A stretch of DNA of 64,000 bases from a virus, in IMG/VR virus record IMGVR_UViG_3300036766_000889; one strand, given 5' to 3'. The notes under the pieces are model-generated. The model saw only the letters and a program-made list of their open reading frames with translations. It was not told where the DNA came from and made no database searches. A program made the translations under genes and the position numbers. Positions 8,684 to 18,786 of the stretch are shown here, piece by piece. Position 1 is the stretch's first letter. Every line of letters starts with the position of its first letter.

Positions 8684-10258
8684 ATGAACAGCGTAATTAA
8701 ACCTAATGAATGGTGGGCGATCCAGAAATTCGGGAAAATTCGACTTAAGAATCCAGCCACCATCAGTACTGGATACCGTAAAAAGATGGAGTTCGTATGT
8801 GAATGTGGGAATAGTAAATTCATAATTGTTAGAGATGTCACAAGCGGTAAAACTAGTAGTTGCGGGAAGTGCAATGAAATGCCACCAGAATGGTGGCATA
8901 CTAAAACATTCGGCAAGCTTCGGTTGAAACAACCAAAAATTTTGAGCCTTGGATCATCTAAAAAAGAAGTTTGGATTTGTGAATGCGGTAAAAATAAACC
9001 GATCATTGTTAAAGATGTTACGAATGGAAAAACTACATCATGTAACAATTGCCATAGTATGCCACCTGATTGGTGGGCTTACAGACGATTCGGAAGGTTG
9101 CGAATAAAATTTCCGAAACAGTTACACCAAGGGTCTCGGAAAAAAGAAATATTTGTTTGTGTATGTGGCAATGAAAAAAGACATGTAGTGTATACTGTTA
9201 CATCAGGGTTATCACGTAGCTGCGGCCACTGTTCGAGAAAAATCAGTGAGTGGTATTTGAAAAACCGAAAGACTTTGGCAACGCTCAAAACTCCAATACC
9301 AGCAGGTTCCATACCACTCGGTGGACCCATTCAATTGGAGACAGTACACCGTGTTGATAGACCATTTCTTGCAATTTGTCCACACTGTGGGGACAAATAT
9401 AGACCACGATTTAGTAGTATAAAATCTGGCAAGTCACTTACTTGTGGATGCTCGGCAGGAATGATCTCGCGACCAAACACTGAAATCCATCAGTTTATAG
9501 TATTAAATGGGTTTGAATCAGAACTCGAGTATGAACTGAGTGGGTACAAATATGATGTCTGTGTTAAACCATGTAAAACACTAATTGAGTTTCAAGGTTC
9601 TCGTTATCATTCTAGTGCAAAACAAAAAGAGCGTGATCAAAAAAAGAAAGCTCTTGCCGAAATTTATGGGTATGAACTCATTCAAATTGATGAAAAATTA
9701 TGGAATAAGAAATCAACAAAGGATGAAGTTAAAATCAACATCCTAAATATTTTGATGAATCGAAAGGGTATGGGTTCCGGTCATAAATGTAAAAGCGAAA
9801 TACTCGCAAAAATTGAAGAGTTAAACGATTTAATAGCATCCGGCCTACCTGAAGACATTTCTACTCGTGTTAATCAAAGAGTTGATGACTTGATGCAAAA
9901 AATGAAGACTGCAAATGAAGACATTATGTCGGCAGCTATATCATCACATCATGTTATGTGTGCAATCAAAAATATGAAACCGAATGAAGCATTCGGTAAT
10001 GACCCGTTCGTATATTACGCTCTTGGCCTAGTTGGTGAAGCTGGCGAACTCACTGGAGCCCTACTCCGAGCGATTCGGAACGGGGACACTGTTGAAGGGA
10101 AAAAAACTGCCGTTGAAAGTGAGTTGGCAGATTGTATAATCTACGCAGTGATTCTTGCCTATGCGACTGGTATCGATCTGGTGAAAATTGTTAATGATAA
10201 AGCAAGGATTGTTGAAGCTCGTGCTAGAGCGGGGTATTATGGCGGTCCGATACACTAA
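8684..10258 (+). CDS. homing-endonuclease-like repeats plus PD-(D/E)xK/DUF559-like nuclease, in frame with a C-terminal MazG-like NTP pyrophosphatase
   Basis: Repeated FGKLRLK..CECG..SC modules; YD...IEFQGSRYH..RD; C-terminal GLVGEAGEL...ELADCIIY. Confidence 0.7.
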   Translation: MNSVIKPNEWWAIQKFGKIRLKNPATISTGYRKKMEFVCECGNSKFIIVRDVTSGKTSSCGKCNEMPPEWWHTKTFGKLRLKQPKILSLGSSKKEVWICECGKNKPIIVKDVTNGKTTSCNNCHSMPPDWWAYRRFGRLRIKFPKQLHQGSRKKEIFVCVCGNEKRHVVYTVTSGLSRSCGHCSRKISEWYLKNRKTLATLKTPIPAGSIPLGGPIQLETVHRVDRPFLAICPHCGDKYRPRFSSIKSGKSLTCGCSAGMISRPNTEIHQFIVLNGFESELEYELSGYKYDVCVKPCKTLIEFQGSRYHSSAKQKERDQKKKALAEIYGYELIQIDEKLWNKKSTKDEVKINILNILMNRKGMGSGHKCKSEILAKIEELNDLIASGLPEDISTRVNQRVDDLMQKMKTANEDIMSAAISSHHVMCAIKNMKPNEAFGNDPFVYYALGLVGEAGELTGALLRAIRNGDTVEGKKTAVESELADCIIYAVILAYATGIDLVKIVNDKARIVEARARAGYYGGPIH

Positions 10259-10327
10259 TGATGGTTATTATGGCGGACCTTTGAAACGTGCAAAACGTTT
10301 GACAATAAAGAAAAACAAGAAACAAAA

Positions 10328-11065
10328 ATGAGTCTTCCATCAACCATTACACTCGCACTTGCTATTTCGGATGACCAAGAAATCACATGCATTTTCTGCG
10401 GATATCGTAAGATAGACTTGGACGTTGAGTTATTTCACCCAGGTAAACGTTCATGGGGCGGAGCCCATCAGAAGTGCGTAGACCAGCACAATCAGTATTT
10501 CTTGCGTCGATACGCTAATCAACCGGATACCCTATCAAATCGTATCTTAGCGATTGCCAATAATTTTGACGTTGAAGACCCACGTTGCGATAACGTTAGA
10601 GAACTATCACGAGCGGTTGCGTCTCTGCAGAAACTTGTTCAAGCCGCAAACATGGCGATGTATGCAGCACAGTACACTCTTGAAAAGACGCACTGGACTC
10701 CAACAGATAACTTCAATCAGTGGTCAGCTACGGCTGATGGGTATAATCACGCACAAGTGCAGCAAACCGTCCAAGACTTGATGATTGCGCAACAATCTAT
10801 TCGAGCCGTAATCGGACCGAATGATTTAGAATATCAAGTTCAAGAATGTGATAGGTGCGGAGCTAAACGCGAACCGTGGCAGGATCCGCAAGACATCCGT
10901 TGCCCTCGTCACGCAATTCCTGGGTCAGATCCTAGTTGCGACGGAACATTATATGCTCCATCGGTTTTTTCAGGTTCAGTGTTGGATAAGCCGACTTGCG
11001 AAAATTGCTTCGCACCTTACGGGGAAGAACATGCACCCGAGTGTCCGTCAGTGATTCACAATTAG
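10328..11065 (+). CDS. Cys-rich hypothetical protein
   Basis: Several CxxC motifs. Confidence 0.6.
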   Translation: MSLPSTITLALAISDDQEITCIFCGYRKIDLDVELFHPGKRSWGGAHQKCVDQHNQYFLRRYANQPDTLSNRILAIANNFDVEDPRCDNVRELSRAVASLQKLVQAANMAMYAAQYTLEKTHWTPTDNFNQWSATADGYNHAQVQQTVQDLMIAQQSIRAVIGPNDLEYQVQECDRCGAKREPWQDPQDIRCPRHAIPGSDPSCDGTLYAPSVFSGSVLDKPTCENCFAPYGEEHAPECPSVIHN

Positions 11066-11119
11066 GTTATGCCAGTAATTCACCGCACTGTTGGTCCAGA
11101 CACCAATTTCTTTTTTACT

Positions 11120-11506
11120 CTAACCATCAATATTACCCTTGAAAAGGGTATAAAATGGAAGAGTTCCAGCACCAGTTCCTCTCCCTTTGTTGATTAGATC
11201 TGACGCAGCTTTATCTGATTCAATTTCATCCGAAATTAGGTGAGAGTCATTTGCAAGCGACCTTAGAGTTGGGTCGGTTGTGATATTTAATAAGTCCTGT
11301 TTAGCACGTGGAATTCTTTCGAGTATCAACCAAACTTGGTCATACGTTAATTGATCAAGTTTGCATACTCCGTCAACGTACCAAATATTGCATGAATCGG
11401 ATTTATCCCCGTCACAAACCGTGCAATACTGATAGTTGTCATTCACATTGTCCGACATCGAAAAATCGCACCCGCACGCGGGTGCGGTTGGACATCCGCA
11501 ACTCAT
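11120..11506 (-). CDS. Cys-rich hypothetical protein
   Basis: Translationally coupled to the upstream hydrolase. Confidence 0.55.
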   Translation of the reverse strand: MSCGCPTAPACGCDFSMSDNVNDNYQYCTVCDGDKSDSCNIWYVDGVCKLDQLTYDQVWLILERIPRAKQDLLNITTDPTLRSLANDSHLISDEIESDKAASDLINKGRGTGAGTLPFYTLFKGNIDG

Positions 11507-12300
11507 ATTGAACCTCCGGTATACGCTGTTACAACGCAGTCAGCGTTAAACTTTAAACCACCAGTATGGATGGTCCAGTTAGGTTCTATTATCGCAGAAC
11601 CGCCTTGACCAAAGTTTTGACTGAATGACCCGTTGGCCTCTTTACCCCATCGGTTTGCCACCGCTAAAACACACGAGTTGTCTGCCACGAAATCCATCCA
11701 AGAAGTAGATGGAAAACCTCCCTTCCCCCAATTTACGCAAGCGGCAACAACATCAACTTTTTTCCCGTTAAATATCGATGAATCGTCTGAGGATAACCTT
11801 GGAATATTTTTCGGGATCTTATCACGTAAATCACGACAGATAACAACACTCAGAAGTCCGAGATCTGTTTGAACAATTGGCGCGGGTTCAATGCCAGGTT
11901 TTGACCAGAGAAAATCTGTCGAAAACAGATTTATTTTATCACAACACGATATGATTTCACCCTGAGGGGAGATCATAGTAGCAGAATTGTGTAAACGTCG
12001 AGTTTTAGGGTCTATGCGAACATATCCCCATGAAACATATGACTTCATGTTCACAGCAACGTTTTGCATGAAACGGAAAGTAGGTCCGTTCTGATTTTCA
12101 GCCACCAGCATGGCTTCGTCTAAATTGAGAAAAGAGTATCCGGTCAAGCATAGTTCGGGGAAAACCAAAAAATTAGTTCCCATATCATGAGCTTGGCTGA
12201 TTAGTGGTTTCAGTTTTCGAAAATTGTCTATAACATCGGCATGACACTTTGCAAGCCTAGGATTAAACTGAACGACAGAAACTATGAGCGCATTTCCCAT
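11503..12300 (-). CDS. carbon-nitrogen hydrolase (nitrilase superfamily amidase)
   Basis: VFPELCLTGY, DKINL and VICRD supply the E-K-C triad. Confidence 0.85.
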   Translation of the reverse strand: MGNALIVSVVQFNPRLAKCHADVIDNFRKLKPLISQAHDMGTNFLVFPELCLTGYSFLNLDEAMLVAENQNGPTFRFMQNVAVNMKSYVSWGYVRIDPKTRRLHNSATMISPQGEIISCCDKINLFSTDFLWSKPGIEPAPIVQTDLGLLSVVICRDLRDKIPKNIPRLSSDDSSIFNGKKVDVVAACVNWGKGGFPSTSWMDFVADNSCVLAVANRWGKEANGSFSQNFGQGGSAIIEPNWTIHTGGLKFNADCVVTAYTGGSI

Positions 12301-12308
12301 TCGTTTAG

Positions 12309-12629
12309 TTATTTCTTCTCGATAAAGACTGAACGTCGAGCCATAGATTCTTCAGCTTTTCTGGCAGCTTCCATGGTTTTCTTCTCAAACATTTCTGCGT
12401 GATGAAATATCGCTTCCAACGCGTTTTGGACTTTTTGAAATTTTTCGGCATCCCCACCCATGTCCGGGTGATTCTTTGCAAGCAAAGCCCTTGATAGTTT
12501 CTTCGCCTCCTTGGATAGGTCTGATACTGCACCCGACCGTTCACTGCGGGGAAGTTTAGATATACCATTCATGATGACATTGATGTCCTTACCAAGGATC
12601 GACCAAGCTTCATGAAGTGGCATCATCAT
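12309..12629 (-). CDS. stand-alone J-domain protein
   Basis: AWSILG...KNHPDMGGDAEKFQKVQNA (HPD motif). Confidence 0.75.
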   Translation of the reverse strand: MMMPLHEAWSILGKDINVIMNGISKLPRSERSGAVSDLSKEAKKLSRALLAKNHPDMGGDAEKFQKVQNALEAIFHHAEMFEKKTMEAARKAEESMARRSVFIEKK

Positions 12630-13243
12630 ATTATGGAAAAAGCATTCGAAGGCTTTTTGCCGCCATTGCAGCCCTTGGTTTCGGTCTGGACAAACGTCTA
12701 TCTAAAAATTTTTCAAGTTCATCAACAGTTTCTGGGTATTTTCCTGTAGAGACTCGAAAATCTTCTTTAATCTTCCGAAGTTTTTCAGTAAATTCGTCGT
12801 ATCCCATTTTTCCTCCTGAGTTATTGAACTGTACTGAATTAGCCACGTATTTAACTTCAAAAAAGTATCGTTAAAATAACAGGCTTCAATCGAGTTCCAT
12901 ACTTCTTTGGAACCTTTGAATCATGCGTACTGATCACATGTTCAGTTTATATAGGTCGGGTAGTTAAATGAAAAGTCAACCAGATTTCACGTCTCTTTGG
13001 AACCTTTTGGTAACGGCTTCAAAAACCTCAGGGAATGAAAGACTGCAGTCAACTTTGATGAATCACTCTTCCAAGAAAGAGTACATATGTAGAAAGCTTG
13101 GAGTAATTTCTGGTACCGACATAAATAGGTATAAAATTGTATCAAAGAAAACTGGGAATGATAAAAAAGTTTTGCTGTAGTGTATAGATCCAGTATGGCC
13201 CAATTTTATGGGTCGGTTTTCAAACTTTAGAGGATAAATCGAC

Positions 13244-13930
13244 ATGTCTAAGACGCAAACAAAAACTGAAATCAGGAACAACACCGCGAAGATAGGGAAA
13301 CTTCTTCGTGGAATTGATAACGACACCTTGGCCATCAAGAAGGACCAAGTGAAACTGAACGTAAGGATCAAGGCGGTCCAGGATAGCGCTAAAACTGTCC
13401 AAACCCTCATCGGTGGCATTTCGAATATGGCTCTTGCCGCTCCGGCCAGTCTGAAAAAGGTTCAGGTCAAGAAGCCCGAACCGAAAACCGCCTCGAAGGT
13501 ATCTCCCAAGGCTCCCAAGGCTCCCAAGAAACCGACGCCCAAGAAGGCGGCTACGAAAACTGCGGCCCCGAAGAAGAACCTGACGAAGGTCCCGAAGGCC
13601 CCGAAGGCCCCGGCGGCTGTAAAGGCGTCCACAAGCGAATCACCTCAGGACCGACCTTCACTCAAGAAGGTTATTACTGATATTATTCTGAAAAATGGGA
13701 AGCCGATGGGAGCTGCCGATATTTACAAGATGGCATGTCAGAAGTTCGGATATTGGTCGCGCCAATCCCTTTACAATGCCTTGAAGGATAACAAGGCTTT
13801 TGCTAAGAAGGGAGAGGGATATGATGTACCTGACTCTTCCCCCATCAGTATTTCAGAGACTTCAGACTCTGAAGCGGAAAAATTCGTTCAGAGGGTTGAA
13901 GGCAACTCTGCTACATCGGCGGTTATTTGA
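13244..13930 (+). CDS. histone H1-like Lys/Ala/Pro-rich DNA-binding protein with C-terminal winged-helix-like domain
   Basis: PKAPKAPKK repeats; LKKVITDII..GKPMGAADIY...SLYNAL. Confidence 0.6.
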   Translation: MSKTQTKTEIRNNTAKIGKLLRGIDNDTLAIKKDQVKLNVRIKAVQDSAKTVQTLIGGISNMALAAPASLKKVQVKKPEPKTASKVSPKAPKAPKKPTPKKAATKTAAPKKNLTKVPKAPKAPAAVKASTSESPQDRPSLKKVITDIILKNGKPMGAADIYKMACQKFGYWSRQSLYNALKDNKAFAKKGEGYDVPDSSPISISETSDSEAEKFVQRVEGNSATSAVI

Positions 13931-13989
13931 GTAAATTACGGCTCTGCCCTGATCGAAGATCTTAAACCCAGGGCCGTAACATCAAACAT

Positions 13990-14370
13990 ATGGAAGTACA
14001 AATAGACCTTCGAGTTAGAACAGGGATTAGTAAAACCCTGTTCTCAGCCATAGAAGTATGCAGCGTTAGGATAGCCAGGAAAGTTATCCTCAAAAGATAC
14101 TGTCCGGAGGGTCATCCAGTTATAGAGGTAGAGAACCAACTTGTAGAGATGGCTGCGGCCAAACTCATCGAGATCGTCGGGTCTAAGGATCCTAATCTTG
14201 AGGAAGCAGCTTTAATGATCCGAAATTCCGCAGCGATTAAAGTTCGTAACTCGGATGAAGAAGACCAAACAAAGATGTTGGCTATAATGGACATCATGAA
14301 GATGAAGACGAATGAAATTCTTCCTTTTGAATTGAAATTTCATGTGGTCGGACGTGAGCATGACACCTGA
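13990..14370 (+). CDS. hypothetical protein
   Basis: 126-aa ORF. Confidence 0.55.
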   Translation: MEVQIDLRVRTGISKTLFSAIEVCSVRIARKVILKRYCPEGHPVIEVENQLVEMAAAKLIEIVGSKDPNLEEAALMIRNSAAIKVRNSDEEDQTKMLAIMDIMKMKTNEILPFELKFHVVGREHDT

Positions 14371-14557
14371 ACAGATCAGAGCTAGACGGGGTGAACTGAG
14401 TTCACAGATTCAGAACCTGAAAAATCAGATCGAGCACGTAAGAATAGACTTCAAACATCTGCAGCTAGAGTGCAAGCACCCAGGCAAGATCTCGACAAAC
14501 ACTTGGGGTCGAGATCCAGGTGGTGCCCATTGTCCTGACTGTGACAAGAACTGGTAA
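14360..14557 (+). CDS. small coiled-coil/zinc-finger protein
   Basis: MTPEQ... start; CKH and CPDC motifs. Confidence 0.5.
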   Translation: MTPEQIRARRGELSSQIQNLKNQIEHVRIDFKHLQLECKHPGKISTNTWGRDPGGAHCPDCDKNW

Positions 14558-14719
14558 ATCTACAATATGGTGATCACGCCGGAACAGGCGAGATACCACG
14601 AAACTACAAATACTTGCTTGGGCAGGATTTCACAAACTAGGATTTCGAATTCATGACGCCACCATCCCTCGCCCGAGGATTGATGGTGAAAACTGTAATA
14701 AAACAACAGTATTTCGATT

Positions 14720-15373
14720 ATGAAAAAACCTTCTAGTCTTTCAGCCATGGTAGTAAGTTACGTCCCGCTGTTGTTCGGAGACCCAATGTTTTATGTTGAG
14801 GATCCGAAAGAAATCACTGAAGCTTTACTCAAAATACCGGATGTCGAGACATTAGCCTGCGTATGGTTCATGAAGGAGAATAAGCCTTTTCCCATCATCG
14901 TCATGAAAGACATGAAAAAGGTACTCGACCACCTCAATTGGTGGTCCGAAGGGAAACCTACTGAATGGTTTGACCTTAACATCGCACAACGCGATGGTAA
15001 ATACATCATCGCTCTCATCCCAAGAATCAAGAAATCAATTAAACGTTGGGATATTGCTTATCAACTTAGGACAGGATACCCTCCGCCACGTGATACCAAA
15101 TACAGTGTTATGTTTCGGTCCATAACTTTCGTTTCCGGAAATGGCACCGTGTTTGACAAAATTTCCGACCAAATTGGTTCAGAGATTAAAATCGGGTTCG
15201 TCGATGACAATGACGTGAATCGTAATAACATTAGTGATATTGCTGACGACAAGATCCACACGCTTGGGTCATTTCCAATTAATCAAGACAACTCACTCTA
15301 TGACTACATCATGAGTATGATTGATGACGCGAAGGATCCAGGTGTGCCGAATATTGTGAGTGAAGTTATTTGA
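14720..15373 (+). CDS. hypothetical protein
   Basis: 217-aa ORF. Confidence 0.65.
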   Translation: MKKPSSLSAMVVSYVPLLFGDPMFYVEDPKEITEALLKIPDVETLACVWFMKENKPFPIIVMKDMKKVLDHLNWWSEGKPTEWFDLNIAQRDGKYIIALIPRIKKSIKRWDIAYQLRTGYPPPRDTKYSVMFRSITFVSGNGTVFDKISDQIGSEIKIGFVDDNDVNRNNISDIADDKIHTLGSFPINQDNSLYDYIMSMIDDAKDPGVPNIVSEVI

Positions 15374-15388
15374 CGCGACAGGATTAAT

Positions 15389-15673
15389 ATGAAAAAAGCA
15401 CGAACGATAGTATCGCGTCAGATAAGAGCACGAGTACTCCCTGAGAAAGGTGTAGTCTTTCCACTGCTAGATAGTGTTGATGTAAAGACGCCACCCGTAG
15501 GTTATGCAACATTATTCAGACAAGCCGTAGATGGTAAGTTCTACATGAAGCATGGCGATGGTACTATAGCACCACCCACAGAAGACGATTTGTTATCGGT
15601 CATTGTTGGCTTAGTGAAATTTCCCCAAGAACCTCCATTGTTTGACGTCTTCAGTTTTCAACAGCGCCGTTGA
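15389..15673 (+). CDS. hypothetical protein
   Basis: Shares a motif with 20415-20633. Confidence 0.5.
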   Translation: MKKARTIVSRQIRARVLPEKGVVFPLLDSVDVKTPPVGYATLFRQAVDGKFYMKHGDGTIAPPTEDDLLSVIVGLVKFPQEPPLFDVFSFQQRR

Positions 15674-16425
15674 TCACCCCTCGGGGACTCATAAAACGAG
15701 TGGGAAACTGAGTGGTGCGGAAAACGAACGGGTGTTCCATATCCGATTCCTTGAAGAAATTTTTCACACTCAGTTCCGATGCCGCTAGACTTAAATTCGT
15801 GTTCCTCGATTAAAAGACGGGGAAGATGCTTTCTTATGGTCTTTTTTGCACCACGAAGGACGGATAACTCACCTCCTTCGACATCAAGTTTAATCATATC
15901 TATTCGTTCGTTTATGCCATAACTTTCCATTTCATCAAGAGATATGACTTTTAGACATCCTTGATTAATCTGGTCATCTGAAAAAATATTAGCGTCAGGG
16001 TCAAACCACCCTGACTTTTCGTGTAGACCAAGTGATACGACATGAACTGGAAACTCTGGATTTACGGCTATATTTTCTTCAAGAATTGACCTACAAAATA
16101 AATTCGGTTCAAATGCATAAACAACTGCTCCCTGCAAAGCTGCAGTGATGGCATAACTACCGAATGCTGCCCCCACGTCTAAAACCACGTCACCAGGTTT
16201 AAAATGCCAATGTCGTTCTCGAACTTCTCGTTCATCCACAAACGAAGCATGTGTCGCATAAGCATGGTTATATAAAGAACACACGGTCATGTCAATACCG
16301 GGAACCGTTGCGATCGATGCTTCGTCCATCACAACAATGTTATAGGTTACCCCGTTAAACTGGGCAGTTGTAATCTGTTTCATAATAAACACTACCATAG
16401 TCACACGGGATATCTCAGTAGCCAA
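15658..16425 (-). CDS. FkbM-family SAM-dependent methyltransferase
   Basis: VLDVGAAFG, VYAFEPN, IKLDVEGGE; likely start is ATG 16383. Confidence 0.85.
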   Translation of the reverse strand: MATEISRVTMVVFIMKQITTAQFNGVTYNIVVMDEASIATVPGIDMTVCSLYNHAYATHASFVDEREVRERHWHFKPGDVVLDVGAAFGSYAITAALQGAVVYAFEPNLFCRSILEENIAVNPEFPVHVVSLGLHEKSGWFDPDANIFSDDQINQGCLKVISLDEMESYGINERIDMIKLDVEGGELSVLRGAKKTIRKHLPRLLIEEHEFKSSGIGTECEKFLQGIGYGTPVRFPHHSVSHSFYESPRGDQRRC

Positions 16426-16480
16426 ACAATCTACACCGTGTACAAAACGTATCGTTTTATATGAATCGGTACGGCTGGAA

Positions 16481-17083
16481 ATGAAGTTATCCGATGCAGT
16501 AGCTTCGGTGAAGATTGCAATGATGGACGCATCTCAGAAGGCGTCTATACGACGTCTGAACGTCCTCGGAGACAAGTGTAAGTGTAAACCTGGGTGTTCA
16601 GCGTGTTGCAGTAGACTCATACATATTAGTATTGCCGAAGCTTTAATAATGTATGACCATCTAAAAAGGTCAAATACGTGGTTGAAAGTTCGGGAAGCCG
16701 CTCAAAAACAGTATAAAACGGCGTCCTCGTTAAGTGAGATCGCCTGGTTCAATATGAACATATCGTGTCCCATTCTTGATCTAGAAACCAAGATGTGCAG
16801 AGCGTACCCAGTACGTCCGACTCCGTGTTCCGTTCATTTCGTAACGTCCGACCCTTCTATTTGTGATCCTTGGTCAACTTCTGGAGGGACGTTTGAAAAA
16901 ACTGACTTCCCTGAAGTCCATGCTGATTTTATGGACGCTCTCTCAAAAGAACTTTCCGGACGTGGAATATTAGAACTAAGACTCCCATTGCCTGCTGCTC
17001 TATTGTTTGCAGAAAAAGTCCAGGTTCAAAAAGGTTTGACGGCGGATCAAATCATCACGTTCATATCATCTGAGATCGCCTAG
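16481..17083 (+). CDS. YkgJ-family Fe-S/Zn cysteine-cluster protein
   Basis: CKPGCSACC...CPIL...CRAYPVRPTPC. Confidence 0.8.
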   Translation: MKLSDAVASVKIAMMDASQKASIRRLNVLGDKCKCKPGCSACCSRLIHISIAEALIMYDHLKRSNTWLKVREAAQKQYKTASSLSEIAWFNMNISCPILDLETKMCRAYPVRPTPCSVHFVTSDPSICDPWSTSGGTFEKTDFPEVHADFMDALSKELSGRGILELRLPLPAALLFAEKVQVQKGLTADQIITFISSEIA

Positions 17084-17084
17084 T

Positions 17085-17324
17085 ATGAATGGTAAATGTA
17101 ATTATTGCGAAAGAATGGGACCGAATCGTCTCGGTGAAGACGATCCGACTTATGTTTGTTCCGGGTGTTGGAATATGCTTCAAAACCCGGTTACAGCTCT
17201 CCCATTCATCCGTGGACACCTAACGTTGGAACTTCGAGGAAAAGTTCCAGACGATCAGCTCAAAGTCCGGATCAATAGGTTTATGGAGGGTATATCGAAA
17301 TGGAAGAGATCGAACGCCAATTAG
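17085..17324 (+). CDS. small zinc-finger protein
   Basis: CNYC...CSGC. Confidence 0.5.
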   Translation: MNGKCNYCERMGPNRLGEDDPTYVCSGCWNMLQNPVTALPFIRGHLTLELRGKVPDDQLKVRINRFMEGISKWKRSNAN

Positions 17325-18005
17325 CTACAATAGATTGGCGTGTCCATCACGAACGACCGTCTGAATTTGTGAACGAATGTCACGGATCGTTTTACTCGAA
17401 ATTTTCCGTCCTCCCCAAGAGAGCGCTTCTCTAATAACATCAGCGTCAGCTCCGGAACGAACGGCACGTAAATAACGCGCCATATCCCACATGCCATGAC
17501 GACGCATGTTCGTTTCTATTTCGTCCATGTACTCGGACATACCATCGCAGTTTTTTTCCGGGGGAGCTTCAAATGAGTCTAGGATGGTACGATTGTCATC
17601 GTGCCCGCTCGGGGTATGTATAGATTCTGATTCTTTGTCGTATCGACGTTTACGATGAACTAGGTTGATGCAAACGTTGTTTGCCACCATGTAAACATAA
17701 TGTCCGAAAGAACTCTTTCGTGAATCGTGAGCAGATCGTGTAAAATTCTTATGTATGATCGCTACATAAACTTCTTGAAGAAGTTCTTCCATAGGTATAT
17801 TATTTACCTTGAAAAATTTATGTACAATTTTAATTATATCTTGACGTTTTGCTACCACGTCAACACCAAGGGCGACAATTCGACCTTGTTCGTCAGGACT
17901 TGAAAGTCTCGGCCATGGGAGCCTATCGGGGCGCTTTTTTAGTGGTTTTCCGGGAATTTTGACGACTCTGGATATTCCTGTCCCGAACTTAGTTTTAAGT
18001 TTCAT
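17325..18005 (-). CDS. phage RNA polymerase sigma factor (sigma70 region 2)
   Basis: EELLQEVYVAI...SSFGHYVYMVANNVCINLVHRKRR region-2 pattern. Confidence 0.7.
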   Translation of the reverse strand: MKLKTKFGTGISRVVKIPGKPLKKRPDRLPWPRLSSPDEQGRIVALGVDVVAKRQDIIKIVHKFFKVNNIPMEELLQEVYVAIIHKNFTRSAHDSRKSSFGHYVYMVANNVCINLVHRKRRYDKESESIHTPSGHDDNRTILDSFEAPPEKNCDGMSEYMDEIETNMRRHGMWDMARYLRAVRSGADADVIREALSWGGRKISSKTIRDIRSQIQTVVRDGHANLL

Positions 18006-18192
18006 TCAGCCACCTCCGATGAAAACCACGATAAGGAGTGTCATCACTTTGATGATCTCCCCGAATCGTGTGTAATTTAACATATTGAAAGTTTTTCCAC
18101 AATAAGAAAAGTAAAATTTATACAAATTTGAAAAACGACACTGTGGCATAGAACGCATAGTATACTACATTATGAAATTGGTACGGTAAAGA

Positions 18193-18786
18193 ATGGAAAA
18201 TAATGTTAACCGCCCAGATTTCTTGAAAGAGTGTATGTCCGATGTTGGGCAAACTCCGCTAGATATATTTCAAAAATCATATTGTTTCGTATGCGGTAAC
18301 CGAGAATGTTCCAGAAGTTCCGCAAATAACCTTCAGTTTGACAGGAGGGTTTTGAACTGGAAGAAAGATTTATTCGATGAGGTACCGAGGGCAGATGAAT
18401 TCGATCAAAGATTTGCTCAAATTCGATCAAAACAATTTCTTCCAGCCAATCAATCACCTGCAGTTATTACATCGCGATTTCAGGAGATAGCCCCCGTATT
18501 TAAAGAAACCATCCCCGAAGTGGTCCAAACAGACCCCATTTTAGATCAAGTAAGCCCCGAAAACTCGACACAACCTATGGTAGATATGATCGAAATATCT
18601 ACCATAGATCCGCCAGTACCGGTAAATACTCTAAAGCCGGTTCAACCGATCGTTCAGCCTACTCAGGGGCAGTCAAATACGCCATTTTCACAGGGAACAA
18701 CGCTTCCAGGTTTTCGAAAAGAAGAAACTAAGGATATCATTATAGAGGCGGGCGGTAGCTTTACGTTCGGAGGTGATAATGAGTAA
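18193..18786 (+). CDS. hypothetical protein
   Basis: 197-aa ORF with the upstream -10-like motif. Confidence 0.65.
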   Translation: MENNVNRPDFLKECMSDVGQTPLDIFQKSYCFVCGNRECSRSSANNLQFDRRVLNWKKDLFDEVPRADEFDQRFAQIRSKQFLPANQSPAVITSRFQEIAPVFKETIPEVVQTDPILDQVSPENSTQPMVDMIEISTIDPPVPVNTLKPVQPIVQPTQGQSNTPFSQGTTLPGFRKEETKDIIIEAGGSFTFGGDNE

